A stretch of 63,816 nt of DNA, filler included, from Deltaproteobacteria bacterium (GTDB lineage: Bacteria > JAEEML01): assembly GCA_016283195.1 (NCBI GenBank). It is 8 parts of 8 records of this genome, joined end to end, with 100 filler letters (N's around TTAATTAATTAA, not from the genome) between each part and the next. Parts side by side here need not be neighbours in the genome. Positions count along the whole stretch, not along the records: positions 9,407 to 15,454 come from JAEEML010000106.1; positions 15,555 to 31,790 come from JAEEML010000107.1; 6 more parts are not named here. One strand, 5' to 3'. Below, piece after piece: positions 9,973-20,206 of this stretch. The notes below the pieces were generated by a model. That model ran no database searches. It saw only the letters and a list, made by a program, of their open reading frames with translations, and had not been told where the DNA came from. Made by a program: the position numbers and the translations under genes. Numbering within the stretch: the first letter of the stretch is position 1; each line of letters starts with the position of its first letter.

Positions 9973-10293
9973 TTATCCCTTAAAAAGTACTTTGGCGCCG
10001 GAGTTTTCCTCTTCTTCATCCAAACCCAGTATCTCTCTTTGATAAGCCGAAAGCAAGCCACCGCCGCGTGAGGGTTTTAAAGGCAAAGCCTCGCCTTCAT
10101 CGGGAGCCGCCTCTTTGGCTACCCGCTCCATAGCTTCACTCAAAACAGCGGAAAAAGGGCGCTCCGGCGGCGGGCGGTTAAGGCGCTCTGATTGAATACG
10201 CCGGGCTTCAATTTCTTCCAGTCGCTCCGGGGTTACCCCCATGCCGGTGCCAACCAAAATATTTCGGGGTTCTACCCGCCATTCATTATCCAC
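9973..10293 (-). CDS. Hypothetical protein
   Basis: 106 aa ORF with GAGG SD, directly upstream of the PHP gene. Confidence 0.65.
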   Translation of the reverse strand: MDNEWRVEPRNILVGTGMGVTPERLEEIEARRIQSERLNRPPPERPFSAVLSEAMERVAKEAAPDEGEALPLKPSRGGGLLSAYQREILGLDEEEENSGAKVLFKG

Positions 10294-10508
10294 GGCTTAC
10301 CTCACCCAAAATCCAATCCAGTATATGATTTTAGCTAAAATAGGCAAGAGCAAAGCATTAATTTACCTGCTTAAGGAGTTTGGTGTGAAAACCGGCCCGG
10401 CCATTTGTAGTTTTGTTAACTCTGGCAGAGAATACAATAATGTGCTAAAAGGAGGCGCGAATGGACGGTGATCCGGGAGAGATGCTTGCCTAAAACCGCC
10501 TGCCTATA

Positions 10509-12314
10509 ATGCTTTGGAGCTTGCTTTTAATGATGCTTTATAAAGAGGATAGAAATTTTTATTTGCCTAATATTGTAGTGATTTTGTCATCTTTTTATCT
10601 GCTTGTTATCTTAAATTTGCTAAAACTTTGCCGCAAAGTTGCCCTCTTTGGCGGCTTTTCTCTCAAAACAGCGCTGCCCATTATAATATTGCTCCTGCTT
10701 TTACCTGGAGTGGCCGTACTTTTCAGGGTAATAATAAAGCAGCTTGATATAAAACCGTTAAAAATTCCGACTAAAGCGCGAACTAATCTTTTAGTGCTCG
10801 GTTGGTTTTTGTATTTTCTGAATCTGATACTGTTTTTTGCCGAAACTTGGGCTTTAGACCGCTTTCCCATGCAGGAACCTTTAATTGTATTTTTTACACT
10901 GACCGATGTTGGCGGTGATTTTGATAAAAGCATTCTTATCCAGGTGGCTGCTATGGTTTTCTTCTCTTTCGCTGTTTCACTAGCCGGTTTTTTAACTGTG
11001 CTCCGCAGCGAAAAAAAGCTTGGAATTTATGCTGTTTCGCTAAAAATCTGGCGGTTTGGCACCAAGAATTTTAGCCTCGGTACTTTTTATCTTTTTCTTG
11101 GCCTTTTGTTTTTTATTTATTCTTTTTACATTATGTACACCGGCTTAATGGTGAGTGATTATATCGCTGTTATAAATAAATACTCCCGGCCGGCGGTAAA
11201 TTCGGAATTTTACCTTAAAGAGTATATAACACCTAAGTATGAAAATATAATTTTTCCGGAAAAAAAGAAGAATCTCATTATAATACTTATGGAATCAATG
11301 GAGAGTTCTTATGCCGATGCGGCAGGCGGCGGGCTGATGGAAAAGAATTTTATTCCCCACCTGAGTAATTTGGCGGCCGAAAATATTAATTTTTCGCCTA
11401 CCGAAAAGTTGGGCGGCGGAGCCGATTTGCCTCTAACTAATTGGACTATAGCGGCCATGCTGGCTAAATTCGGCGGTTTACCTTTCGCTATGATTGGGGT
11501 GGAGAATAAAACGCAGCCCAGTTTTGTACCCGGGGCGCTTACCCTAAACGATATTTTGGCTAAAAACGGTTATAAACAACTTTATGTCTTTGGCAGCGAC
11601 AAACATTTTTCCGGGGCCAATGCCTTGCTGGAAACACATGGAAATGTAGAAATTCACGATATTTATTGGTATAAAGAACACAAAAAGCTGCCGCCTAATT
11701 ATTATGTTTTTTGGGGTATGGAAGACAAAAAAGTATATGATTTTGTAAAAGAAGAGCTGACGAATTTGGCTAAAGAAGATAAGCCTTTTATGCTAGGCTT
11801 TAATACGCTCGATACCCATATGCCCAGAGGTTATCTGGACAAAAATTGTCAGGATAGCGAGGATATGCCGCTAAAAAGCGCTATAGTTTGCGCCGATAAA
11901 ATGATTGCCGAATTTCTTGATTGGTGTAATGGCGAGAGCTGGTATAAAGATAGCGTGATTGTTATTATGGGCGACCATCTCTTTATGGCGACAGAAGCCA
12001 CAAATCCTTTTAATTCGCCGGATTATCTTGGCGGTGGCGACTTGCAGGAATTGCATGACCAAAGAAGATGGCTCGATATTTTTATTGGTGCTGAGCCTAT
12101 AAACCAAGAATTTGCCGTAAAAGAGCGGGAATTTTCTTCGTTTGATATGTTTCCCACTATCTTAGCGGCTATCGGTTGCCAAATAAAAGGTGAGCGCCTT
12201 GGTTTTGGGGTAAATCTTTTTAGCCGGGAAAAAACTCTTAGAGAAAGGTTTTCCAAAGACTACTTGGATGAGGAAATAAGCAAGAAAACCACACAGTTTG
12301 AGAGCCTGAAATAG
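10509..12314 (+). CDS. LTA synthase / phosphoglycerol transferase (OpgB/MdoB-like) sulfatase-family membrane protein
   Basis: Several N-terminal TMs; NLIIILMES, WT (catalytic Thr), DTH and GDH metal ligands. Confidence 0.85.
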   Translation: MLWSLLLMMLYKEDRNFYLPNIVVILSSFYLLVILNLLKLCRKVALFGGFSLKTALPIIILLLLLPGVAVLFRVIIKQLDIKPLKIPTKARTNLLVLGWFLYFLNLILFFAETWALDRFPMQEPLIVFFTLTDVGGDFDKSILIQVAAMVFFSFAVSLAGFLTVLRSEKKLGIYAVSLKIWRFGTKNFSLGTFYLFLGLLFFIYSFYIMYTGLMVSDYIAVINKYSRPAVNSEFYLKEYITPKYENIIFPEKKKNLIIILMESMESSYADAAGGGLMEKNFIPHLSNLAAENINFSPTEKLGGGADLPLTNWTIAAMLAKFGGLPFAMIGVENKTQPSFVPGALTLNDILAKNGYKQLYVFGSDKHFSGANALLETHGNVEIHDIYWYKEHKKLPPNYYVFWGMEDKKVYDFVKEELTNLAKEDKPFMLGFNTLDTHMPRGYLDKNCQDSEDMPLKSAIVCADKMIAEFLDWCNGESWYKDSVIVIMGDHLFMATEATNPFNSPDYLGGGDLQELHDQRRWLDIFIGAEPINQEFAVKEREFSSFDMFPTILAAIGCQIKGERLGFGVNLFSREKTLRERFSKDYLDEEISKKTTQFESLK

Positions 12315-12408
12315 ATTTTAAAATAGGCCAGGCTCTGCTTTTAGTTTACTGCCATTTGACATTTATTTATAAGCTCATTACTCTCGGCACGGAAAGTTGA
12401 GGTGCCTC

Positions 12409-14526
12409 TTGGAAGAAGATAAATTAGCCCGTATAAAAGAACTAGAACAAAAGATAATTCACCACAAAACACTTTATTATCGCGGAGAAACAGAGATAAG
12501 TGATGCTGAATACGACGCTCTTGAAGATGAGCTGAAAAAACTTTCCCCCACCTCACCCGCTTTGGAACTAGTGGGTAGTGCCTTTTTGGCCAAAGAGGTG
12601 CCCCATGAAGTGCCCATGCTCTCTTTGGGCAAAAGCCGCGACCCCAAAGATATTGAAAACTGGCTAAGGGCGGCTAACATCAAAGAGCAGAAATCACTGG
12701 CTAAAGCCAAGGGCGTGAGTGCCGATAAGGTGGAGCTGGCTTTTGAAAAGGCCCTCGTTTCCGTAAAAATGGATGGCAGTTCGGCCTCACTTATTTATAA
12801 AGATGGCCGCTTTGTTTCCGCCAGCACGCGTGGCGACGGCTATTTTGGGGAAAATATCAGCGCCCAGCTCTCTTTTGCCTCTTTCCCCAAAGAGGTGCTA
12901 CTTGGCGGAAAAATTAAGAATTTTGAAATACGCGGCGAGGTGTGTATCAGCAAGGAAAATTTTGGCGCTTTAAGCCAAAAGATCATCGAAAAGAATATTG
13001 CGGAACGTAAGGCGGAAGAAAAGGCAATAGACCAAGTAGCGGAGGGCGGTGAAAAAAATATAGAGGGGCCCAAATCCATCCGCAACATTGTAGCCGGGCT
13101 TTTACACACTAAAGCCGATAACAGCGCCATTGCCAATTGCTCTTTTTTGGATTTTATCGCTTATGAAATAATAGCTCCCGCTATGGATATTAAGAGCGAA
13201 GAGGAAAAATTTCTCCTTTTGGCCGATGCCGGTTTTATTGTGCCGCCGCACTGGCTCTGGGAAAAAGATGGTGATTTTGCTGATATCATTAAGGAATACC
13301 GGCAGCTTTGCGAGGAGTTCCCCTATCTTAGCGATGGCCTGGTTATTGCCATAGATAACCTCAAAAGGCAAAAGGCCCGTGGCCTCACCGCGCACCATCC
13401 CAAAGGGAAAATGGCTTTTAAATTCCAGGCCGAGACAGCTAAAACCACGCTACGCGAGGTGGAGATTAGCATCGGGCGCACCGGTAAGCTCAGCTTTGTG
13501 GGCATTGTCGATCCGGTTAATCTCTCCGGGGCCACGGTGAGCCGGGTGACTTTGCACAATAGCAGCTATATTGAGGCCGAAGAGCTGGGCGTGGGAGCGG
13601 TGATTGAAATATCGCGCTCCGGCGAAGTGATTCCCAAACATGAGCGCACGCTGGTGCCGGCCAAAGAGCCGCTCCCCATGCCGGAAAAGTGCCCCTACTG
13701 CGGTGCGCCTCTAAGCCGCTCGGAATCCGGTGTCGATCTTTTGTGTCAAAATGAAGCTTGCTTTGGCCGGCGGGTTAATGCCTTGCTCTATTTTATAAAT
13801 ACCTGCGGTATTGAATTTATCGGAGAGCGCACTCTCTGGCGCCTTATGGCAGAAGAAAAAGTTAAAAATATTTCTGATTTATATCGTCTTGATGCAGAAA
13901 AATTACAAGTGCTTAAGCAAGGAGACAGCGTAAGCGACAAATTAGAGCAAAAAATACTTAATAGCATTGATGAGCATCGCGTTTTGCCCTTAAACACTTT
14001 TTTGGCCGCTTGCGGCATCGACGGCTTTGGCCATGCGGCGGTAAAAGCACTTTTGGAAAAACACCCGAAAATTACCGAACTTAAGGAGCTAAAAAGCGCG
14101 GAGATTTGCCAGATATCCGGCCTGGGTGAAGTGCTCTCAAAAAATATAGAAGAGGGGCTTAAAGAAAAGGCTTGGCCCCTTTTGGATGCCCTTACAGCTG
14201 CCGGAGTGCGGGTAATTACCGCTGCCGGCAGTGGTCCATTAAAAGATCTCACATTTGTGGTAACCGGCTCTTTGGAACATATCAGCCGCAAAGAGGCGGA
14301 AGAGCGCATTGAACGCCTGGGCGGCACTTTTAGCAGTAGTGTGGGCAAGAAAACCAGCTATTTGGTATGCAATAAGCCTTCAAACAGCACCAAGTATCAG
14401 CGGGCCCTTAGTTACGGCGTTAAAATAATTAATGAAGAAGAGCTTTTAAGGCTCTTAAACGGTGAGGCGCCGGCAGCGGAAACGGCTGGGGCCAGTAGCG
14501 GGCCGCAGCAGCTGGAAATATTTTGA
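12409..14526 (+). CDS. ligA: NAD-dependent DNA ligase
   Basis: ISDAEYD, PMLSL, KMDG adenylation motif, TRGDG, CPYC zinc finger, C-terminal BRCT; likely TTG start after GAGGT SD. Confidence 0.95.
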   Translation: MEEDKLARIKELEQKIIHHKTLYYRGETEISDAEYDALEDELKKLSPTSPALELVGSAFLAKEVPHEVPMLSLGKSRDPKDIENWLRAANIKEQKSLAKAKGVSADKVELAFEKALVSVKMDGSSASLIYKDGRFVSASTRGDGYFGENISAQLSFASFPKEVLLGGKIKNFEIRGEVCISKENFGALSQKIIEKNIAERKAEEKAIDQVAEGGEKNIEGPKSIRNIVAGLLHTKADNSAIANCSFLDFIAYEIIAPAMDIKSEEEKFLLLADAGFIVPPHWLWEKDGDFADIIKEYRQLCEEFPYLSDGLVIAIDNLKRQKARGLTAHHPKGKMAFKFQAETAKTTLREVEISIGRTGKLSFVGIVDPVNLSGATVSRVTLHNSSYIEAEELGVGAVIEISRSGEVIPKHERTLVPAKEPLPMPEKCPYCGAPLSRSESGVDLLCQNEACFGRRVNALLYFINTCGIEFIGERTLWRLMAEEKVKNISDLYRLDAEKLQVLKQGDSVSDKLEQKILNSIDEHRVLPLNTFLAACGIDGFGHAAVKALLEKHPKITELKELKSAEICQISGLGEVLSKNIEEGLKEKAWPLLDALTAAGVRVITAAGSGPLKDLTFVVTGSLEHISRKEAEERIERLGGTFSSSVGKKTSYLVCNKPSNSTKYQRALSYGVKIINEEELLRLLNGEAPAAETAGASSGPQQLEIF

Positions 14527-14602
14527 GAGCTTTAAGAGTGCCACCTTGTGGTGACTTGTAATCTTTTGAAATTTTTATATATAATAGGGAGGGAGGTGCC
14601 TT

Positions 14603-14830
14603 ATGTTATATGAAACAGTTGTAGAGCGGATGAAAACTGTACCACCTATGGCCTTGGAAGAAATTTACTCCTATATCGAATCTGTATGCAACAAATACAG
14701 CATGGCTACTACTAACGCGGCTGAAGGGCTTGCTTTTATCAAAAAATATAGCGGAAAAATAGACCGTGATATAGATTGTAAGGCTGAACTTCTGCAAACA
14801 TTGGATGAAAAGTATGAAAATATTACTTGA
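14603..14830 (+). CDS. Putative antitoxin of a type II TA pair
   Basis: Small ORF overlapping the downstream PIN gene; GGAGG SD. Confidence 0.65.
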   Translation: MLYETVVERMKTVPPMALEEIYSYIESVCNKYSMATTNAAEGLAFIKKYSGKIDRDIDCKAELLQTLDEKYENIT

Positions 14831-15242
14831 TACCAATGTTTTCATTGATATGTTTCAAAAACGACAGCCATTTATGGAATTTGCAGCTAATATAATTAGC
14901 TCATGTGTTCAGAAAACTAATATCGGTTATGTTTCAGCGCACTCACTTTCTGATTTGTTTTACATCTTGCGCAAAGATTTTTCGAGTGCTGAACGCAAAG
15001 AGTGCGTGCGGTTTATTTGCACATATTTTGAGGTAATATCCGAGCACAAGACTGATTTTTTGGCAGTTGCTAACAATGAGCGTGTACTTGATATGGAAGA
15101 CGGCTTACAGATGCAATGTGCTGCAGCATACAATCTTGATTATATAGTAACGCGCAATGTAAAGGATTTTGTAAATTCTGGTGTTCCGGCTATTACACCA
15201 GCTGAGCTCTTAGCTCTTTCGCCTGTTTATATAGAGAATTGA
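14814..15242 (+). CDS. PIN-domain (VapC-like) ribonuclease toxin
   Basis: MKILLDTNV, DMEDGLQ..CA, IVTRNVKDF. Confidence 0.9.
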   Translation: MKILLDTNVFIDMFQKRQPFMEFAANIISSCVQKTNIGYVSAHSLSDLFYILRKDFSSAERKECVRFICTYFEVISEHKTDFLAVANNERVLDMEDGLQMQCAAAYNLDYIVTRNVKDFVNSGVPAITPAELLALSPVYIEN

Positions 15243-15554
15243 ATAACCACGCCACAAAAGTCTGGTGGTATATTTGGGCTTTTGTCAGCATACCCTGTGG
15301 CATACGGAAAAAGCTCATAAAGTTTGTTAATAAATATAGGCCGAAATATTTTAACATTTTTTACAAAATATCTTTTCCTTAAAAGCCCTCTTGTGGCATT
15401 AAGGGGCAGGGCGCAATATCTCGCCCCGAAAGTGAGATTTTTTATGAAAATACCNNNNNNNNNNNNNNNNNNNNNNNNNNNNNNNNNNNNNNNNNNNNTT
15501 AATTAATTAANNNNNNNNNNNNNNNNNNNNNNNNNNNNNNNNNNNNNNNNNNNN

Positions 15555-15892
15555 GCTTTACCACTAAATGGGCCGTTTGGGCAAAAACCATTATGCGGCT
15601 TATCCACAAAAATGGCTTCTCCAGCCTTTAATTCTCTGGTTAAAAGGCCGTTTTCCGTATAAAGAACCAGCGTTATGGCTCCGCTTAAAAGGGTGAAAAA
15701 CTCCGGGCAGGTATGCTTTTCCAACTCGCTGATTTCAGCCAAAGAAACAGCCTTGGGGCTATAAACGCCAATGCGATAGTGCTCGGCATCACCGCATAAA
15801 ACCTGCCATTCTTTTTCATTGGCCCAGCTAAAGGGCTCATTGCGCGTGGCCTCCGGAAACGACGGCGCGGTAACAGTCACTTTACGGCTCAT
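15555..15892 (-). CDS. Cupin-fold protein (ureidoglycolate lyase-like), 3'-truncated
   Basis: LEKH.CPE.F.LLSG and a later H motif; overlaps the hydE stop. Confidence 0.55.
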
Positions 15893-17025
15893 GGGCGTTC
15901 CTCCCCTAAACGGCTCGCAGCCTGTTTTTTATCACAATTTAAAAATTTCTGCTCATCAGGCGGAATTAAGCTTTCTATTTTCCGCCGATCGCCACGAGAG
16001 CACACCACTTTGTAGCCAATGCTCTTAATGCGTCCACTCAGGCAGAGGCGGCACTGGGCGCTCTCTTCTCCGGTGCAAATTTTGCCATCATAAAGTTCGT
16101 ATTTTTTGCGCACGGAAACCGGCGAGAGGTTAGGCATCAGCACATTGGCCCCGCTTAAAATGCCCTTTTCGCGGCCATCTTCCGCCAGGGTGCCAAGAGC
16201 TGTGGTCGCCGGCAACAAAATATCCGGTATAATCAGGCGAATAATTGATAGCAAATAGCAAGTAAGCTCCACGCTGCCGGCTCTTTCCCCGGCAAATGGC
16301 GTGGCCGCGTGGGGAATGAACGGGCCAATTCCGCACATATCAGGCTGAAATTCTTCAATAAATTGCAAATCAGCAACTATATTTTCCACTGTTTGAAAAG
16401 GCGAGCCAACCATAAAGCCCACTCCCACGGCATAGCCAAGCTCACGCAAATAATTTAGGCAATTAAGGCGCGTTTTTAGGCTCATCTCGGCCGGATGCAA
16501 CTTGGCATAGTGAGCGGGTGTAGCCGTTTCATGGCGCAAGAGGTAGCGGTCGGCCCCCGCCGTGCGCAGAGCCTTATAGCTCTCATAGCTGCGCTCGCCC
16601 AAAGAGAGCGTAACAGCCACTTCAGGGTAGCTCTCTTTTATAGCGGCTATAAGCGGCACCAGCACCTTATCGCTAAAAAAAGGGTCTTCGCCGCTTTGCA
16701 AAACAAAAGTGCGGTAACCGAGTCTATAACCCTCATCGCAGCAGGAAAAAATCTCTTCCGGGCTCAAGCGATAACGCGCAGCCAGGCGGTTACTACGCCT
16801 AATTCCGCAATAATAACAATCATTTTTACAATAATTACTAAATTCTATAAGCCCGCGCAAAAATACTTCACGCCCATAAACAGCGCCTGCTACCGCCCGC
16901 GCCTTTTCGGCCAAAAGCTCGGCCGCCTCAGCCTCCCGGCTACTAAGCAGTTCTATATATTCGGCACAACTTAAATGGTGCTCACTCGCCAGTTTTTCTA
17001 TAAGCGCCCGCACATTGTCATTCAT
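15889..17025 (-). CDS. hydE: [FeFe]-hydrogenase H-cluster radical SAM maturase
   Basis: RGLIEFSNYCKNDCYYCG, LQSGED, LRHET, GIGPFIPH..TP, PATTAL, GANV.MPNLSP, YELYDGK. Confidence 0.9.
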   Translation of the reverse strand: MNDNVRALIEKLASEHHLSCAEYIELLSSREAEAAELLAEKARAVAGAVYGREVFLRGLIEFSNYCKNDCYYCGIRRSNRLAARYRLSPEEIFSCCDEGYRLGYRTFVLQSGEDPFFSDKVLVPLIAAIKESYPEVAVTLSLGERSYESYKALRTAGADRYLLRHETATPAHYAKLHPAEMSLKTRLNCLNYLRELGYAVGVGFMVGSPFQTVENIVADLQFIEEFQPDMCGIGPFIPHAATPFAGERAGSVELTCYLLSIIRLIIPDILLPATTALGTLAEDGREKGILSGANVLMPNLSPVSVRKKYELYDGKICTGEESAQCRLCLSGRIKSIGYKVVCSRGDRRKIESLIPPDEQKFLNCDKKQAASRLGEERP

Positions 17026-17039
17026 TGGGCACCAAGAGG

Positions 17040-17975
17040 TTAATCACCCTCAACATAGCGAATTTCTTTCAATTTTGGATAAATATTTTTTAAAACTTCC
17101 AAATATAGTTTGCGCTTTCCCACTACTTTGTCTTTGGCATATTCCGCCTGCCTATCGCTAAAACGCCGCGCTGCCCCTTCGGCCGTCAAAATAGTCTGTT
17201 TTTTGGCTGAGGTGGCCTCACTCACTAAATTTATCGCCTCGCTGCGAGCAGCGGAAAGAGTATTATTCTTAAAAGTTTCAGCTTCGTTTTTATTGCGCTT
17301 TTGCTCCACATCGGCCTGAATCACCTCATCAAAACTGCGCTGTACTTCATCCGGCGGCGTCACCTCGCGAATCTCCACAAAAGAGATGGCCACCCCGGCC
17401 TCAAGCGCATCCAACTCGGCTTGCAAAGCCAGGCGCACACTATCTTCGATGCGCTTTTTGCCGGAGGTTAAAATATCATCAACCGGCATAGCGGCCAGCG
17501 TATGAATCACCACTTTAGCCGCCATGTTACTAATCAGCTTTTTCACATCATTATTATGCAGGAGGTAATTATGGGCACTGGCTATAGTATATTTCACCAA
17601 AAGATATATGTTTAAAATATTGTTATCGCCCGATATAGCATAGGGCATAAGGCGAGAAGTGAGCACAAAAGTTTCCACCCGGCTGCCGCGCTCATAATTA
17701 TCGGGAATAAAATCATTCACTATGAGAGTATCCATCTGCTTGGCCGGGAGTTTTGTAATATTATCAATTGGATACGGCAAAGCATAGTGCAGGCCTGGCA
17801 ACACTGCGTCATCAACCACTTTGCCAAATCTAGTTAAAATGCCAATCTCACTCTGCTCAATTTTATAAATGCCGGAGACAAAATAAAGCACAATCAGCCC
17901 GCCAAGCACCCAAAGGCCGTAAGAATAAATGAGCTTTTTCAAGGCTTTTTGCAAAATAGCTCTGATTTCCATCAC
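17040..17975 (-). CDS. hflK: FtsH protease modulator HflK-like (SPFH)
   Basis: TM, RFGK...PGLHY.LPYPID, PPDEVQ.SF.EV, AEG.A.RF. Confidence 0.8.
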   Translation of the reverse strand: MMEIRAILQKALKKLIYSYGLWVLGGLIVLYFVSGIYKIEQSEIGILTRFGKVVDDAVLPGLHYALPYPIDNITKLPAKQMDTLIVNDFIPDNYERGSRVETFVLTSRLMPYAISGDNNILNIYLLVKYTIASAHNYLLHNNDVKKLISNMAAKVVIHTLAAMPVDDILTSGKKRIEDSVRLALQAELDALEAGVAISFVEIREVTPPDEVQRSFDEVIQADVEQKRNKNEAETFKNNTLSAARSEAINLVSEATSAKKQTILTAEGAARRFSDRQAEYAKDKVVGKRKLYLEVLKNIYPKLKEIRYVEGD

Positions 17976-18883
17976 TTACTGCCTTTGGAGCTGCCTTTGG
18001 AAGCCTCTTTGCCCATATCGAGGTATTTAAAGAGCTCTGATTTGGTGGATAATACCAAAACAGTATTATTGCCCAAAACCTTTTTATAAAGCTCAATAGA
18101 ATTTAAAAAGTCAAAAAATTCCGGATCTTTGCCATAGGCCTCACGATAGATGCGCATGGCCTCCTTTTCGCCTTCGCCACGAATAATGAGAGCCTCTTTT
18201 TGCGCTTTAGCTGTTATTTCTGCTGCTTGTTTGGCGGCATCGGCGCGAATTTTATCGGCCACTTCCCGCCCTTCAGCGCGGATTTTCTCGGCTTCCTTAT
18301 TGCGCTCAGAACGCATACGGTCATAAACAGCGCTAACAACAATGGCCGGATAAGCCAGGCGCGAAATGCCCACTTTTTCTACTTTAATGCCATATTTTTG
18401 CTCGGCATTGGCCGTCACCCGCTGTTGAATATCAAGCTCTATCTGGGCCAGTTTTACCTTATCTTGCTCGGTATTAATAATATTATCGATGGAATATTCA
18501 CTAATTACCCCGCCCAGTTGGGAATTTAAAATATCACCGATTTTGCGCGCTCCCTCATCTAAATCTATGCCGATAGTTTGGAAAAAAATCAGCGGATCAA
18601 TAATTTTCCAGGCTGCATAACAACCTATAATCAAAGGATTTTTATCACCCAAGAGCAACTGAATAGCCTCAGTTTCATATACCTGCATCCGCTTATCAAA
18701 ACGGTTGACCTTTTGCCAAAAAGCCGGGCGCTTTACATAGAGGCCGGCATCAGTAACTGTGCGCACCGGCTCACCAAATTGCGTTATAATCACCCACTCG
18801 CGCTCATCAACGGTATAAAGCGAATAATAGGCTAAAAGCCCTAAGAGAACAAGCAGACTAAGTGGGATAAGTATCTTTTTCAT
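17972..18883 (-). CDS. hflC: FtsH protease modulator HflC (SPFH)
   Basis: TQFG.PV, YDRMRSER..EA...RAEG, AY.KDPEFF.F..S. Confidence 0.88.
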   Translation of the reverse strand: MKKILIPLSLLVLLGLLAYYSLYTVDEREWVIITQFGEPVRTVTDAGLYVKRPAFWQKVNRFDKRMQVYETEAIQLLLGDKNPLIIGCYAAWKIIDPLIFFQTIGIDLDEGARKIGDILNSQLGGVISEYSIDNIINTEQDKVKLAQIELDIQQRVTANAEQKYGIKVEKVGISRLAYPAIVVSAVYDRMRSERNKEAEKIRAEGREVADKIRADAAKQAAEITAKAQKEALIIRGEGEKEAMRIYREAYGKDPEFFDFLNSIELYKKVLGNNTVLVLSTKSELFKYLDMGKEASKGSSKGSK

Positions 18884-18921
18884 CTGGCACCTAATGATAA
18901 TTTGGCGAAGTGAAAAGAGGA

Positions 18922-18999
18922 TGGTCGGGGCGAGAGGATTCGAACCTCCGGCATCCAGCTCCCAAAGCTGGCGCTCTAGCCAGGCTGAGCTACGCCCCG
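18922..18999 (-). tRNA. tRNA-Pro(TGG)
   Basis: CGGGGCG acceptor stem, CCAGC-TT-TGG-GA-GCTGG anticodon arm, GGTTCGAATCC T-arm, encoded CCA. Confidence 0.97.
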
Positions 19000-19068
19000 A
19001 CTACGACGGCTTCTTCTAGTACATTTTCAAATAGTTGGCAAGAGAAAAATGCGGAAAAAGATCAAAGA

Positions 19069-19599
19069 TTAATTGCGCTCAACATAATCGGCATACCAAA
19101 CTTTGCCTTTTTTGGCTTTCAGGCGCACCACGACTTTGTCACCATCACGCAGATAGAAGGCACCGGCGTTGATCATGGTAGTTGGATCTTTCATGTTGGG
19201 CACGCCGCCTTTGATATCCATCACCGGAATCACTACGATTTCGTCATTGGCTTTGAAATTTTGGTCGGCAGCCACAGCGCAAGGAGCTTTCTCACCCTTT
19301 TTGGCCGGTTGGCAAGCCGGCTTTTGGATTTTCACCTTTAGAGCCACGCGCGGGAAGTCACTCTTGTTGACCATCACCACCTTGGCTTGGATGTTTTTCA
19401 CATCTTTACGGCGATTGAGATCCTTGTTGTCAGCATCTTTACGGGCGCGGATAGAGCCGCCGGCCTCCGGGCCGTCAGAAGCCAGGCTGTCACCGAGTTC
19501 GGCCAGTTCTGCCAAGGGGTCGTCATCATCGGCATGAGCGGTAACAGGCATCATCAGCAGCATCAAAGCACTCATCATCATTAGCATCTTTTTCATCAC
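19069..19599 (-). CDS. Exported hypothetical protein
   Basis: Signal peptide AHA|DD; AAGGAG SD. Confidence 0.75.
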   Translation of the reverse strand: MMKKMLMMMSALMLLMMPVTAHADDDDPLAELAELGDSLASDGPEAGGSIRARKDADNKDLNRRKDVKNIQAKVVMVNKSDFPRVALKVKIQKPACQPAKKGEKAPCAVAADQNFKANDEIVVIPVMDIKGGVPNMKDPTTMINAGAFYLRDGDKVVVRLKAKKGKVWYADYVERN

Positions 19600-19626
19600 T
19601 TCACTCCTTTATCGTGATGTTAAGGT

Positions 19627-20193
19627 TCACCGGATTACCGGGTCGCCTTGGTTTAACTTTTGTTCTGCCGTTTTAGCCTGATATATAAGGCCAAAACGTT
19701 GCAATTTTGTTTTGCCATCGGGCAGCTTTTTGGTCACAAACCAAACAAGGCCGTCATTCACCTTAAAGAGGCGGCTATGCGCCGCTTTGCCGGTAATAGC
19801 TATAGGCTCGCCGGTAGCTTGTGGCGCCAAGGTGCTGATTACAGCTTCACTTAAAGGAACTATAGCACACTCAGTCTCGCTTTGGCAACGCACATAGCCA
19901 ACTTGCGGCTTAAGATTGGCGCCGACATTAACCAGCTCATAAGAGGAAACAACAAAAGAATTTCCTGCGCGCTCGCCATTCACCCGCACAGTAAGAGCAG
20001 TAAGCATCGGCAGGTGCTTGGCTGCCAGTTCGCCGCTAAGTACCGTGCGCTCTTCACCGACAATGAGAGCCACCTGAGCATTGGCCGCCGATGGGCCAAG
20101 AACTGCCAGGGTACCGGTAAGCTGCTCGGCAGCCGCAGCTTTTCCACCAAAAAGCAGCCCAATTAAAGAAAAAACTAATAACAATTTTCTCAT
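19627..20193 (-). CDS. Exported hypothetical protein
   Basis: Signal peptide; AGGAG SD; same orientation as neighbours. Confidence 0.75.
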   Translation of the reverse strand: MRKLLLVFSLIGLLFGGKAAAAEQLTGTLAVLGPSAANAQVALIVGEERTVLSGELAAKHLPMLTALTVRVNGERAGNSFVVSSYELVNVGANLKPQVGYVRCQSETECAIVPLSEAVISTLAPQATGEPIAITGKAAHSRLFKVNDGLVWFVTKKLPDGKTKLQRFGLIYQAKTAEQKLNQGDPVIR

Positions 20194-20206
20194 TTAAAAC
20201 TCCTGC

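Noticed and set aside
15243-15454. Short inverted repeats after the PIN gene, considered as a riboswitch or IS end
   Set aside because: Stems are short and match no motif I recognise; the region is cut by the contig end.
18922-18999. tRNA-Pro as an integration site
   Set aside because: No integrase and no duplicated tRNA 3' end were seen in the window.
18910-19341. 143-aa plus-strand ORF
   Set aside because: Antisense shadow of tRNA-Pro and the 19069-19599 gene.
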